A stretch of 64,000 nt of DNA from Candidatus Omnitrophota bacterium (GTDB lineage: Bacteria > Omnitrophota > Gorgyraeia > Zapsychrales > Fredricksoniimonadaceae): assembly GCA_903944345.1 (NCBI GenBank), contig CAJARJ010000014.1:64990-128989 (forward strand), written 5' to 3'. Each line of letters starts with the position of its first letter. The first letter of the stretch is position 1. The notes beneath the pieces were generated by a model, which did not search any database, was not told the origin of the DNA, and worked only from the letters and a program-made list of their open reading frames with translations. This document shows, piece by piece, positions 47,470 through 57,010 of this stretch. The translations under genes and the position numbers were made by a program.

Positions 47470-49596
47470 TTAACAGCAAGAAGAAACACCTGGCAACTGC
47501 AGGCAAACCTTGGTCCACTGGCCATACTCGGATGTCAGGGCAATCTCGCCCCCTTGTCCTTTAACCAGGTTCTGCATCGCATAAAGGCCAAGTCCGGTGC
47601 CATTCTCCGTGCCCTTGGTGGTAAACAAAGGAATAAAAACTTTCTCCATATTCTCCGGCCTGATGCCAATTCCATTATCCTCCAGCTCAATCCAGACCCG
47701 ATCGGACCGGACCTCGGCCCGAACGATAATCCGCCCCATATATCCGGCAACCTGTTCCCCGGATTTTCTGCGAGCCCTTATAGCGTCCAGGCTGTTGTCA
47801 AAAGCATTGGCAAAAACATCCTGGATAACGGCATCGTTAACCCAGAGTTGTATATCTTCGCCGTAATCCTCGAGAAATTCGATCTTGACCCCCGGATGCT
47901 TAACTTCAGCCAAGGCTCGCCCCCCCTGAATGAGATCCCTGAGCCTGACAACACGCGGTTCGGCACCTTTCTTGCTGGAACGCTTGAGAGCGTCGGCAAT
48001 CGAACGGGAACTCAGAGCGTCGCGGATGATCAGCGGATAATTCCGGAAACACTCCCTTATTTTGCTAACCAGCTCATCACGGGAATTGTTCTGCAGAGCA
48101 TTCTCATCGAGCAAGTCCTGGGCAATCCACAACTCGGCTGTGATCCGGTTCAGGCGATTAGCCATCTGATGAGCCACGGCCGAGCCAAGCAACCCGATCT
48201 CTTTCAATCGCCGGTCATGCATCTTTTCCTCAAAACTCTTGCGCTCCTGCTCATAGTTCTGGGCATTGACAATCGCCATGGCACCGTTAATTGCCACGTC
48301 ATTTAGAACCTCCAGATCGCGGTCAGAATACACACGCCCTGCTTTTTCGCCCAATAAAAGCAAGCCTGGCATTGATCCGGCCCTGCGGAAAGGAACCGCC
48401 GCCGCTGCTGGCACGCTGGAGAGCGCCTTGACCAGAAGTGCTGTCTTCTGCTCATCCTCGCATTTGACCACCCCCTGACGGAATTCATCCAGATACCGGG
48501 TGCCGTGCTTTTTAAGAAACAAAACCAGCGGATGATCTGCAGGCAAAGCCTCAGGGTATCCATGCGACTGACCGTAGACCTCTTTGCGCAGATAAGCTTC
48601 TCCATCAAACAAATAAAACACCGCGGCCATCGGACGAAACGTCTTGCCGATAATATCGACCACCGAACGAATAATGTCGTCGGCATTAAGAATATCGGCA
48701 AAAGTTGTGGAAACACGCGTTATCACGGCCTGACGTTCACGTTCTTCTCTAAGAATCTTGTCCTCGGCCTGCTTGCGGAAATAACCGTAGATGAACGGCG
48801 CAGGAGTGGCAAAAAGAATGGCCGAACATAAAGCGATAAAATAGTACCCTTTATTGTAGAGGATAAAAGGAATTCCCAAAGCCACGGAATAAACAACCAG
48901 GAAAATGCCCGCTGTGGTTATGGCTACGCGGATGTCCATCAAACTATGCCGTGTAATTGCATAGGTTACCGCAACAACATAAATAACCACAAGACTTACC
49001 CCAAATGGATAAATAGGGATGTTAAACACATAAAAGAATGTCGTTGCTCCTCCTAAGAAACCAATCATTGTCCCAAATAAAATATATTTCGACTGCACTG
49101 CAACAATGGCACTCGAACTCCTATAAAACTTATAAAGCAAATATAACCCCCTCCCAGCCAAGAACGAGAAGAATGGAAAGAAAAAATAATAAAGTATTCC
49201 CGGCTTTGGATAATATAAAAACTCTGCCTTCGGAGAGACTTTCGGAATAAACAAACTGGGGAATAATAACGCTAGAATTATTATGATGAAAGCGATGACA
49301 TAATAGGAAATGAATTCCTTCTTTTTCGAAGACTTAGAAAATAGAAAAACAAAATGAACAAAAAAGGTTGGAATAGAAATTGCTGATAAATTCAAAAAAC
49401 GCAACCAAAAAAGAGCTGAGGCATGGTCTGTTGATGAATAAGCCTTAAACAATCCAAATCCCCAAAACGCTACTGCTAAACTAAAAACCGACCAAGTAAA
49501 CTTTAAAATACTAAAGGGGCGACTCAAAATAACCATCAGGAAACATAATGCACTGCCTAAGGCTATGATGACGCCTGACATTGAAAGATAATTCAT
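47470..49596 (-). CDS. Sensor histidine kinase: multi-pass (>=7 TM) membrane sensor region, GAF domain, HisKA and HATPase_c, no receiver
   Basis: N-terminal 300 aa hydrophobic. GAF-like middle. H-box GSAVAHQMANRLNRI. N-box and G-boxes (NAFDNSLDAI, DNGIGI, GTGLGL). ATG overlaps the upstream methyltransferase stop (ATGA). The 5' third of the gene is strongly AT-rich. Confidence 0.75.
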   Translation of the reverse strand: MNYLSMSGVIIALGSALCFLMVILSRPFSILKFTWSVFSLAVAFWGFGLFKAYSSTDHASALFWLRFLNLSAISIPTFFVHFVFLFSKSSKKKEFISYYVIAFIIIILALLFPSLFIPKVSPKAEFLYYPKPGILYYFFFPFFSFLAGRGLYLLYKFYRSSSAIVAVQSKYILFGTMIGFLGGATTFFYVFNIPIYPFGVSLVVIYVVAVTYAITRHSLMDIRVAITTAGIFLVVYSVALGIPFILYNKGYYFIALCSAILFATPAPFIYGYFRKQAEDKILREERERQAVITRVSTTFADILNADDIIRSVVDIIGKTFRPMAAVFYLFDGEAYLRKEVYGQSHGYPEALPADHPLVLFLKKHGTRYLDEFRQGVVKCEDEQKTALLVKALSSVPAAAAVPFRRAGSMPGLLLLGEKAGRVYSDRDLEVLNDVAINGAMAIVNAQNYEQERKSFEEKMHDRRLKEIGLLGSAVAHQMANRLNRITAELWIAQDLLDENALQNNSRDELVSKIRECFRNYPLIIRDALSSRSIADALKRSSKKGAEPRVVRLRDLIQGGRALAEVKHPGVKIEFLEDYGEDIQLWVNDAVIQDVFANAFDNSLDAIRARRKSGEQVAGYMGRIIVRAEVRSDRVWIELEDNGIGIRPENMEKVFIPLFTTKGTENGTGLGLYAMQNLVKGQGGEIALTSEYGQWTKVCLQLPGVSSCC

Positions 49597-50639
49597 ATCT
49601 TACTAGCTTTAAGAATCCAATAGCTATTACATCCGACCGGATTCTCGACCTTAAATATTTTATTCCCTGTCAAATCTACACCCCACTCTGATAGTTCCTC
49701 TTTTGTTCTATGGTACATCCGCCAATCCCCAAACACTTCATAATAGGCTCTATGTCTAGCATTCTCTAAAGACATATTAAAAATGATTAAATCTTTCTTT
49801 GTGATTGAGAACAGTCTGGCAAAGATCTTTCTCGCGACACGCACACTCAAATAATCAAAAACTCCAGAAGCATATAGAAGTTCAACATTAGCAAACAATG
49901 AAAGGAATTGGTCGTTCTTGATGACCTCGACCAAGTCCATCACATAAAAATGAATATCGATCTTTGTTTTATCATAAACCAAATTTGATAACTGCCGTTG
50001 CACATATGAAACTGCTTTCTTCTCAAGATCTAAAAGATGAAATGTCCCTTGCTCTATTTTCCCTTCTTGCAAAAGCTCAATAATTTCTCGCGCAGAACCA
50101 CAACCAACACTCAGAATAGCAGCATCCTTATTTACCGTTAACGTCTGCAGTATTGAATTCTTTATGTAATCTTTTCGTGCGATATTTGATTTCGCAACAT
50201 TAATATTGCATGTATATCTATTTATAAGCATAGAATACAAGGAGTCACCCAAGTATCTTTTGTCATGATAATCATAAATATAATTCATCATTACAAAATC
50301 TCCGGCATAACCAAGAGGCCTACTACGAATATATGTATTTGTCTCGATTGAGTTCCCTAAATACGGGTAAAGTATTTGATTAAAAAAACATCTCTTTTCC
50401 TCGAAAACGTGGTCTTTGAAACTTAAAAAATATTCCCAGAACTCATCGAAGTACGCATCTAAAACCGGGAATAGCTTCTCAGCCGCAGAAAGTAATATCT
50501 TTTCTTTATCAACATACATTGAGCTAATATTAAATTGATCAAGCTCGTCTTTTGTAACACGCAAAATTTCTTTTAAAGACTCCACCTCTTCTTCAAAAGA
50601 TTGACTTCTAGACTCAACAACAATCATTTTATTTCCCAT
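49593..50639 (-). CDS. Class I SAM-dependent methyltransferase, PhcB-like (3-hydroxy-fatty-acid methyl-ester synthase family?)
   Basis: 348 aa. SAM motif ILSVGCGSAREIIELL followed by an acidic residue. RSRPLGYAGD motif that I associate with the PhcB family from memory (unverified). SD GAGGGGAAAG. Very low GC. Confidence 0.55.
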   Translation of the reverse strand: MGNKMIVVESRSQSFEEEVESLKEILRVTKDELDQFNISSMYVDKEKILLSAAEKLFPVLDAYFDEFWEYFLSFKDHVFEEKRCFFNQILYPYLGNSIETNTYIRSRPLGYAGDFVMMNYIYDYHDKRYLGDSLYSMLINRYTCNINVAKSNIARKDYIKNSILQTLTVNKDAAILSVGCGSAREIIELLQEGKIEQGTFHLLDLEKKAVSYVQRQLSNLVYDKTKIDIHFYVMDLVEVIKNDQFLSLFANVELLYASGVFDYLSVRVARKIFARLFSITKKDLIIFNMSLENARHRAYYEVFGDWRMYHRTKEELSEWGVDLTGNKIFKVENPVGCNSYWILKASKI

Positions 50640-51045
50640 GACTTTCCCCTCAACACACTGAAGAGTCCAATCCTAAAAAATGTCAGAAGCTTGGGAACCT
50701 TTAATAAAAAAACGAATCTGCATTTCTCGTTAATAAAAATATAGAGAATCTATGACGAAACTCCGATGAATAAGACTAACCACCATACTTATATCTCTAG
50801 AAAAGCTCCCAAACTTTCCGAATAAATTTGATGATTCCAAAATTATCAGTTACTTAATATACCAGCCTTTAGACGCTTCCATTTCATCGAACCAACATTT
50901 TACCCCACAATTTCTTCAGATCCCAGCTTACAACAGACACCCTTACTGACCTGCTAATGATTCTTCTTGGCAAGCTTGAAAGAGACTTATGCTTTGGCTT
51001 TGGCCTCTGACACTGCCCAAGCAAGCGCATCTTGCTAGGCATACA

Positions 51046-51093
51046 TAATAAAAAAGGCCGAGCTAAAAGCTCGGCCTGTTCGTTTATTTTTTT
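51046..51093. terminator. Orphan bidirectional rho-independent terminator in the metH upstream spacer
   Basis: ataataaaaaa-GGCCGAGCT-aaa-AGCTCGGCC-tgttcgtttattttttt. Hairpin with an A-run on one side and a T-run on the other. No annotated gene ends nearby on either strand. Confidence 0.5.
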
Positions 51094-51309
51094 ACTGCCC
51101 AACACATCCACATAGCAGTTGCCCTCTGGGCTACCTTCGATAGTCTTTACCTTCTTCCGACGAAAGACAACAAGCAATATATCATACCCCTCAAAAAAAA
51201 CAACAACTTTCTCGCCGTCAGCACACTTTCTATCGCCGGAGAGCGCCCGTATTCAAACCGGACGAATCAGGAATTGACTTTATCCCTGCTTTCTATTATC
51301 GTTCTAGCC

Positions 51310-54300
51310 ATGAATAATCCCTTCTCTAAACACCCTATAGCCCAGGCGTTAAACCAACGCATTCTTGTTCTTGACGGTGCCATGGGCACCATGATCCAGC
51401 GCCACCGCTTGACCGAAGAAGCCTACCGCGGAGGCCCCCAAGGGCGTTTTGGCTCCTGGCATAGCGACCTGAAAGGCAATAACGACCTGTTGTCGCTCAC
51501 CCAGCCTGCCATCATCGCTGACATCCATCGTGCCTACCTTGAAGCTGGTGCGGATATCATTGAAACCAATACCTTTAACGCCAATCGCATTTCCATGGCG
51601 GACTATCACATGGAAAGCCTGGTTGGCGAGCTCAATCTGGCCTCTGCCCGGCTGGCACGCTCTGTCTGCGACGAATTCACCAAAAAAAATCCCGCACGCC
51701 CGCGTTTTGTTGCCGGTTCTATTGGACCCACCAATCGCACTGCGTCCATATCACCGGATGTCAATGACCCCTCCTTCCGCGCGGTCACCTTTGACCAGCT
51801 GGTTGAAGCCTACACGGAACAAATCCTTCCCTTGGCGGAAGGCGGCGTGGATTTGCTGCTCATTGAAACCATTTTTGATACCCTTAACGCCAAAGCCGCA
51901 GTCTTTGCCGCGTTGACCTTTAACGAAACAGCCGCCCGTCCTTTGCCACTCATTATTTCGGGCACCATAACTGACGCCTCGGGCAGAACCCTTTCCGGCC
52001 AGACAGCAGCGGCTTTCTGGACTTCCCTAAAGCACGCCCGTCCGCTGGCCTTTGGATTCAACTGCGCGCTCGGAGCAAAAGACCTGCGCCCGCATATTGC
52101 CGAAATTTCAGATCTGGCGGATACCTTTATCAGCGCCTACCCCAATGCCGGATTGCCAAACCAGTTCGGCGAATACGACCAAAACCCTGAAACCATGGCC
52201 GCCCTGATTCGCGAGTTTGCCATCAGCGGACTGGTCAATATTGTAGGCGGCTGCTGCGGCTCGACCCCCGAACATATCCGGGCCATTGCGAATGCAGTCA
52301 ACGCCGTACCGCCAAGAAAAATTCCTGCAATTGCTCCGGCTTCGTCCTGGAGCGGGCTCGAACCACTCGTACCGGGAACCAGCCCCGTTTTTATAAATAT
52401 CGGGGAACGCACCAATGTGACCGGATCCAAAAAATTTGCCAAACTGATTATTGAAGAAAAATACGAAGAGGCCCTGGCGATTGCCCGCCAGCAGGTCAAT
52501 GCCGGCGCCCAGATTATCGATATCAACATGGATGAAGCCATGCTGGATTCGCTCTCGGCCATGACCCGTTTTCTCAACCTGATTGCAGCGGAACCGGATA
52601 TCGCCCGCGTTCCGGTCATGATCGACTCATCCCGCTGGGATGTTATTCTCGCCGGGCTCAAATGTGTGCAGGGCAAACCGCTGGTCAATTCGATCAGCCT
52701 CAAGGAAGGTGAAGACCTTTTCCGGCAACGCGCCAACATCATCCGCAAGTTCGGGGCGGCCGCGGTTGTTATGGCGTTTGACGAGCAGGGCCAAGCGGAT
52801 ACCAAAGAACGTAAAACCGCCATCTGCTCCCGGGCCTACCGTATTCTTGTTGAAGAAGCCGGATTCCCGGCAGAAGACATCATCTTTGATCCCAATGTTT
52901 TCGCGGTGGCTACCGGGATCGAAACCCATAACCGCTACGCTCTTGATTTTATCGAGGCCGTGCGCGAAATCAAACGCACTCTGCCTCTGTGCCGGGTCTC
53001 CGGAGGGATCAGCAACGTCTCCTTCTCCTTTCGCGGCAATGAGCCTGTCCGCGGAGCCATGCATTCGTCCTTTCTTTATCACGCGATCCAGTCCGGCCTG
53101 GACATGGGAATTGTCAATGCGGGGGTCATTCCGGTCTACAACGAAATCGCCCCGGATCTTCTGGCCTGCGTCGAAGATGTTCTGCTCGACCGGCGCAAGG
53201 ATGCTACCGAGCGACTGGTCACCCTGGCCGGAACTGTCCAGACCCAGCAGCAGAAGACTGTGGAAGATGATGCCTGGCGCAAAACTTCTCTGGAAGAACG
53301 ACTGGCCCATGCTCTGGTCAAAGGGATAACAGATTTTATCGATGCCGATATAGAAGAAGCCCTGAAACTTTATCCGCGTCCGCTCTCTATTATAGAAGGG
53401 CCGCTGATGACCGGAATGAACCGGGTCGGCGATCTTTTCGGAGAAGGAAAAATGTTCCTGCCCCAGGTGGTCAAAAGCGCCCGGGTCATGAAAAAAGCCG
53501 TGGCTGTCCTGCAGCCCTTTATTGAACAGGACAAATCCTCGCAAGCCTCAAGCGCCGGGAAGATCATTATGGCCACCGTCAAGGGTGACGTCCATGATAT
53601 CGGAAAAAACATCGCAGGGATCGTTCTGGCCTGCAACAACTTTGAAATTATTGATCTGGGCGTTATGGTGCCCTGCGACCGCATCCTGGCCGCGGCACGC
53701 GAACACAAGGCCGACATCATCGGACTTTCCGGGCTGATCACCCCTTCACTTGAAGAAATGACCCATATCGCCGCGGAAATGCGCCGCCAGCATTTTTCCA
53801 TCCCGCTGATCATCGGAGGAGCAACCACCTCCGAAAAACATACCGCTGCCAGGATCGCTACGGAATACCACGGACCGGTCATCCATGTCAAAGATGCCTC
53901 GCGGGCTGCGGGGATTTGCCGCAAACTGATGGACCCCGGCACTGCGGAAACATTTATCCTTGAACAAGCGGCGCACCAGAAGATGCTGCGCGAACGCCTG
54001 GCTGCCGAACAGCAAACGGCCTGGAAACTTCTTCCTCTCAAAGAAGCCCGGCAGATGAAAACCCCGATCCAATGGTCGCAGGACATGGTCTGCTCGCCTC
54101 GCCGGATGGGCATCACCAGCTTCAAAAACTTTGATATACGCCGGATACGGGCAAGAATTGACTGGTCGTTCTTCTTTCTGGCCTGGGGCATCAAGGGGCG
54201 TTATCCTGCGCTCATGAAAGACCCCAAAACCGCCACAGAAGCCGGAAAACTTTTTACCGATGCCCAGGCCATGCTCGATCAAATCGAAAAGCGCGCACTG

Positions 54301-54990
54301 CTGCGCTGTCAGGGGGTTGCGGCCTTTTTCCCCGCCAACAGTTCCGGAGACGATATCGAAGTTTACACTGACGAAACCCGCAGCAAACTCGCAGCGCGTT
54401 TTGCGACCCTGCGTCAGCAAGTGTTCAAGCCGGAAGGCGAGCCCTGCCGCGCGCTGGCCGATTTTGTGGCACCGGTTTCGTCCGGGCTCAAAGACTATCT
54501 TGGAATGTTCGCCGTGACCTCCGCAGAAGGCATGACAGAGGCCGTCAAACTCTACCGCGGTGATGACTACAACATAATCATGCTCAAAATTCTGGCTGAT
54601 CGTCTGGCGGAAGGCTTTGCCGAAGTCCTGCACGAAACCGTCCGCAAAGACCTCTGGGGTTACTCACCGGACGAACAACTGACCAACGAAGACATTATTG
54701 CCTGCCGTTATCGCGGCATCCGACCGGCTCCGGGATATCCCGCCTGCCCCGATCATACCGACAAGGCAGCCATCTGGCAGCTGACGGATGCCCAGGCCAG
54801 AACCGGCATCAGCCTGACAGAAAGCTTCATGATGCTCCCGGCGGCATCAGTCTGCGGATTTTACTTCTCCCACCCCGTAGCCACCTATTTTCCTATCGGA
54901 CGCATTGACCACGAACAGCTCTGCGACTATGCACAACGCAAAAACTGGACCATCGAAGAAGCCCAAAAATGGCTGGCCCCGCTGATCTGA
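51310..54990 (+). CDS. metH: Cobalamin-dependent methionine synthase
   Basis: [30 protein letters not shown]... followed by Hcy-binding, pterin-binding, B12-binding (DVHDIGKNI = DxHxxG) and AdoMet reactivation domains. ATG at 51310. The ORF-track start at 51274 is a TTG. Confidence 0.9.
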   Translation: MNNPFSKHPIAQALNQRILVLDGAMGTMIQRHRLTEEAYRGGPQGRFGSWHSDLKGNNDLLSLTQPAIIADIHRAYLEAGADIIETNTFNANRISMADYHMESLVGELNLASARLARSVCDEFTKKNPARPRFVAGSIGPTNRTASISPDVNDPSFRAVTFDQLVEAYTEQILPLAEGGVDLLLIETIFDTLNAKAAVFAALTFNETAARPLPLIISGTITDASGRTLSGQTAAAFWTSLKHARPLAFGFNCALGAKDLRPHIAEISDLADTFISAYPNAGLPNQFGEYDQNPETMAALIREFAISGLVNIVGGCCGSTPEHIRAIANAVNAVPPRKIPAIAPASSWSGLEPLVPGTSPVFINIGERTNVTGSKKFAKLIIEEKYEEALAIARQQVNAGAQIIDINMDEAMLDSLSAMTRFLNLIAAEPDIARVPVMIDSSRWDVILAGLKCVQGKPLVNSISLKEGEDLFRQRANIIRKFGAAAVVMAFDEQGQADTKERKTAICSRAYRILVEEAGFPAEDIIFDPNVFAVATGIETHNRYALDFIEAVREIKRTLPLCRVSGGISNVSFSFRGNEPVRGAMHSSFLYHAIQSGLDMGIVNAGVIPVYNEIAPDLLACVEDVLLDRRKDATERLVTLAGTVQTQQQKTVEDDAWRKTSLEERLAHALVKGITDFIDADIEEALKLYPRPLSIIEGPLMTGMNRVGDLFGEGKMFLPQVVKSARVMKKAVAVLQPFIEQDKSSQASSAGKIIMATVKGDVHDIGKNIAGIVLACNNFEIIDLGVMVPCDRILAAAREHKADIIGLSGLITPSLEEMTHIAAEMRRQHFSIPLIIGGATTSEKHTAARIATEYHGPVIHVKDASRAAGICRKLMDPGTAETFILEQAAHQKMLRERLAAEQQTAWKLLPLKEARQMKTPIQWSQDMVCSPRRMGITSFKNFDIRRIRARIDWSFFFLAWGIKGRYPALMKDPKTATEAGKLFTDAQAMLDQIEKRALLRCQGVAAFFPANSSGDDIEVYTDETRSKLAARFATLRQQVFKPEGEPCRALADFVAPVSSGLKDYLGMFAVTSAEGMTEAVKLYRGDDYNIIMLKILADRLAEGFAEVLHETVRKDLWGYSPDEQLTNEDIIACRYRGIRPAPGYPACPDHTDKAAIWQLTDAQARTGISLTESFMMLPAASVCGFYFSHPVATYFPIGRIDHEQLCDYAQRKNWTIEEAQKWLAPLI

Positions 54991-55022
54991 TCAAACGCAG
55001 AAATGTAAATTGAGGATATCGC

Positions 55023-55403
55023 TTAGATAATGTCGGCCTGAGCGGCAAGCAGATCAGCCACCCGGTTAACGATGATCGGGTAGTCCAGCAGTTTGGATAA
55101 ACCAGGATAATCTTTTCCCTTGACCGGAACCACAACATCTTCCGCAGCGGTCACAGAAGTCAGGAATAAAACAGGAATATCTTTAAGCACCGGATTCTCG
55201 CGGATCCGCATGACTGTTTCAACGCCATCCTGCTCAGGCATAAGTAAATCCATCAATATCAGGTTCGGCCTGATCCTGGCGGCCACAAGTTCGCCTTCCC
55301 TGCCGGTAGCGGCCACAACAACCTCATAGCCTGCCCGGGAAAGGACAAACCTCATGTTTTCGGCGTAGTCAGCGGCATCATCCACAATCAATACGGTTTT
55401 CAT
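55023..55403 (-). CDS. Stand-alone response-regulator receiver domain protein
   Basis: MKTVLIVDDAADYAENMRFVL...LILMDLLMPEQDG...VLFLTSV. ATG at 55403 with GGAG upstream. Confidence 0.75.
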   Translation of the reverse strand: MKTVLIVDDAADYAENMRFVLSRAGYEVVVAATGREGELVAARIRPNLILMDLLMPEQDGVETVMRIRENPVLKDIPVLFLTSVTAAEDVVVPVKGKDYPGLSKLLDYPIIVNRVADLLAAQADII

Positions 55404-55458
55404 CACGGCTCCGAAATCTTTTCTGTTTCCTGTATTATCTACCCTTCAGGCAGTTTGG

Positions 55459-56949
55459 TCACGCAAATTCTCTGATCAATCGAATAAATTCCGGTCCGAA
55501 CCATTCGAGCTTCTTTTCTCCGACACCCGTGATCGCCAGAAAACTTTCCCTGTCGCAGGGACGCTGCCGGGCCATTTCCCGTAAAGAGGTATCGGCAAAG
55601 ATTACAAACGGCGGGACGCCCCGCGCATCCGCCAGACGTTTACGCAATCTGCGCAATTGCTCAAAAAGCTCGTCGCCGTCATGCGCTTTTCCGAACGCGG
55701 CAACCTTGTGCGTTTTAGGCATCTCCGGCTCAACCGCACGCGGCAGACAACGGTCACAACCTGCGCAATTGCCGTGCGGCCAGGGTTCACCAAAATACTC
55801 CATAAGAAATTTCCGCCGGCAAAGATGGCTGTCACAAAACGCCATCATCCGCTCCAATTTCTCCTGCGCCCGACGGCGTTCATCCTTATCAGCGATCCTG
55901 TCAATAAAGTATTCCTGCCGGAAACGATCCGCATAGGAATAAAACAACACACACCCCGCAGGCAGGCCATCCCGGCCCGCGCGTCCGGTTTCCTGGTAAT
56001 ACCCTTCCAGCGAAGCCGGCAAAGCGTAATGCACCACCAGACGAATGTCCGGTTTATCTATCCCCATCCCGAAAGCAACCGTAGCGGTAATAATCGGCGT
56101 TTCATCTTTGATAAAACGATCCTGAATGGCATGCCGGTCGGAGGCATCCAGCCCGGCGTGATACGCCTCAGCCCGAAACCCGCGAGCACAAAGAGCCTGC
56201 GCCAGGGTTTCAGTCTCCTTGCGGGAAAAACAATAAATAATCGCTGAAGCATCCCGATAACGCTCCTGATGCAAAAGAGCACTCAAAGCCTCAAGCGCTT
56301 TCTTTCGGGGACGAATATCATAATGCAGGTTGGGACGATTAAAACTGGAAACAAAAAAACGCGGAGTTTTAAGCTCCAGCTGGGTCACAATATCCTTGGT
56401 AACCCGTCGGGTGGCCGTAGCCGTCAGGGCAACAAACCCGACAGCCGGAAAATCTTCCCGCAACGTCTTGATGGACAAGTAGTCCGGACGAAAATCATGC
56501 CCCCACTGGGACACGCAGTGCGCTTCATCCACAGCAACGCAACTGACAGGCAATTCGCGCAGAAAAGAACGAAAACCATCGAGAGCCAATCGCTCCGGCG
56601 CCAGATAAAGCAGTTTAACCGTGCCCTTCCTGAGCCCGGACATAACCTGACCGATCTGACTGGCGTTCATGCTGCTGTTGATGACCGCAGCCGGAACACC
56701 TCCGGCCTGCAAGCCATCCACCTGGTCTTTCATAAGAGCAATCAGGGGAGAAACCACCAGCGTTATCCCCTCGAACACCAGCGCCGGCAACTGATAACAG
56801 ACAGACTTGCCGCCTCCGGTAGGCATAAGCACCACAGCGTCGGCTCCGGTCAGGACATGCCTGACAATGTCCTCCTGCATCGGACGAAACCGGTCAAAAC
56901 CAAAATAGGTCTTAAGCAGTTCCAGCAAATGAACATCATTTTCTTTCAT
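55459..56949 (-). CDS. recQ: ATP-dependent DNA helicase RecQ (helicase core, zinc-binding region, HRDC domain)
   Basis: FRPMQEDIV...LMPTGGGKSVCYQLPAL...VDEAHCVSQWGHDFRP... Cys4 (CRRK...CAGCDRC). C-terminal HRDC (PPFVIFADTSLREMARQRP). ATG at 56949. TAGAAT box 6 nt upstream. Confidence 0.85.
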   Translation of the reverse strand: MKENDVHLLELLKTYFGFDRFRPMQEDIVRHVLTGADAVVLMPTGGGKSVCYQLPALVFEGITLVVSPLIALMKDQVDGLQAGGVPAAVINSSMNASQIGQVMSGLRKGTVKLLYLAPERLALDGFRSFLRELPVSCVAVDEAHCVSQWGHDFRPDYLSIKTLREDFPAVGFVALTATATRRVTKDIVTQLELKTPRFFVSSFNRPNLHYDIRPRKKALEALSALLHQERYRDASAIIYCFSRKETETLAQALCARGFRAEAYHAGLDASDRHAIQDRFIKDETPIITATVAFGMGIDKPDIRLVVHYALPASLEGYYQETGRAGRDGLPAGCVLFYSYADRFRQEYFIDRIADKDERRRAQEKLERMMAFCDSHLCRRKFLMEYFGEPWPHGNCAGCDRCLPRAVEPEMPKTHKVAAFGKAHDGDELFEQLRRLRKRLADARGVPPFVIFADTSLREMARQRPCDRESFLAITGVGEKKLEWFGPEFIRLIREFA

Positions 56950-57010
56950 AAAGGATTCTAGCACGAAAAAGTGCTCCGCACGCAAAAGTCTGACGACAAA
57001 TAAGCAGCAT

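Noticed and set aside
50884-51177. 97-aa basic ORF on the minus strand inside the metH upstream spacer
   Set aside because: It spans the GC hairpin/terminator. It has no SD and no homology cues. Its composition merely reflects the AT-rich spacer. I treat it as spurious.
51100-51309. SAM-I or SAH riboswitch upstream of metH
   Set aside because: I looked for SAM-I core motifs and the SAH CCGAGGAGCGCUGC...GGCGCUC pseudoknot pattern. Only a weak CCGGAGAGCGCC resemblance was present, with no complementary 3' partner.
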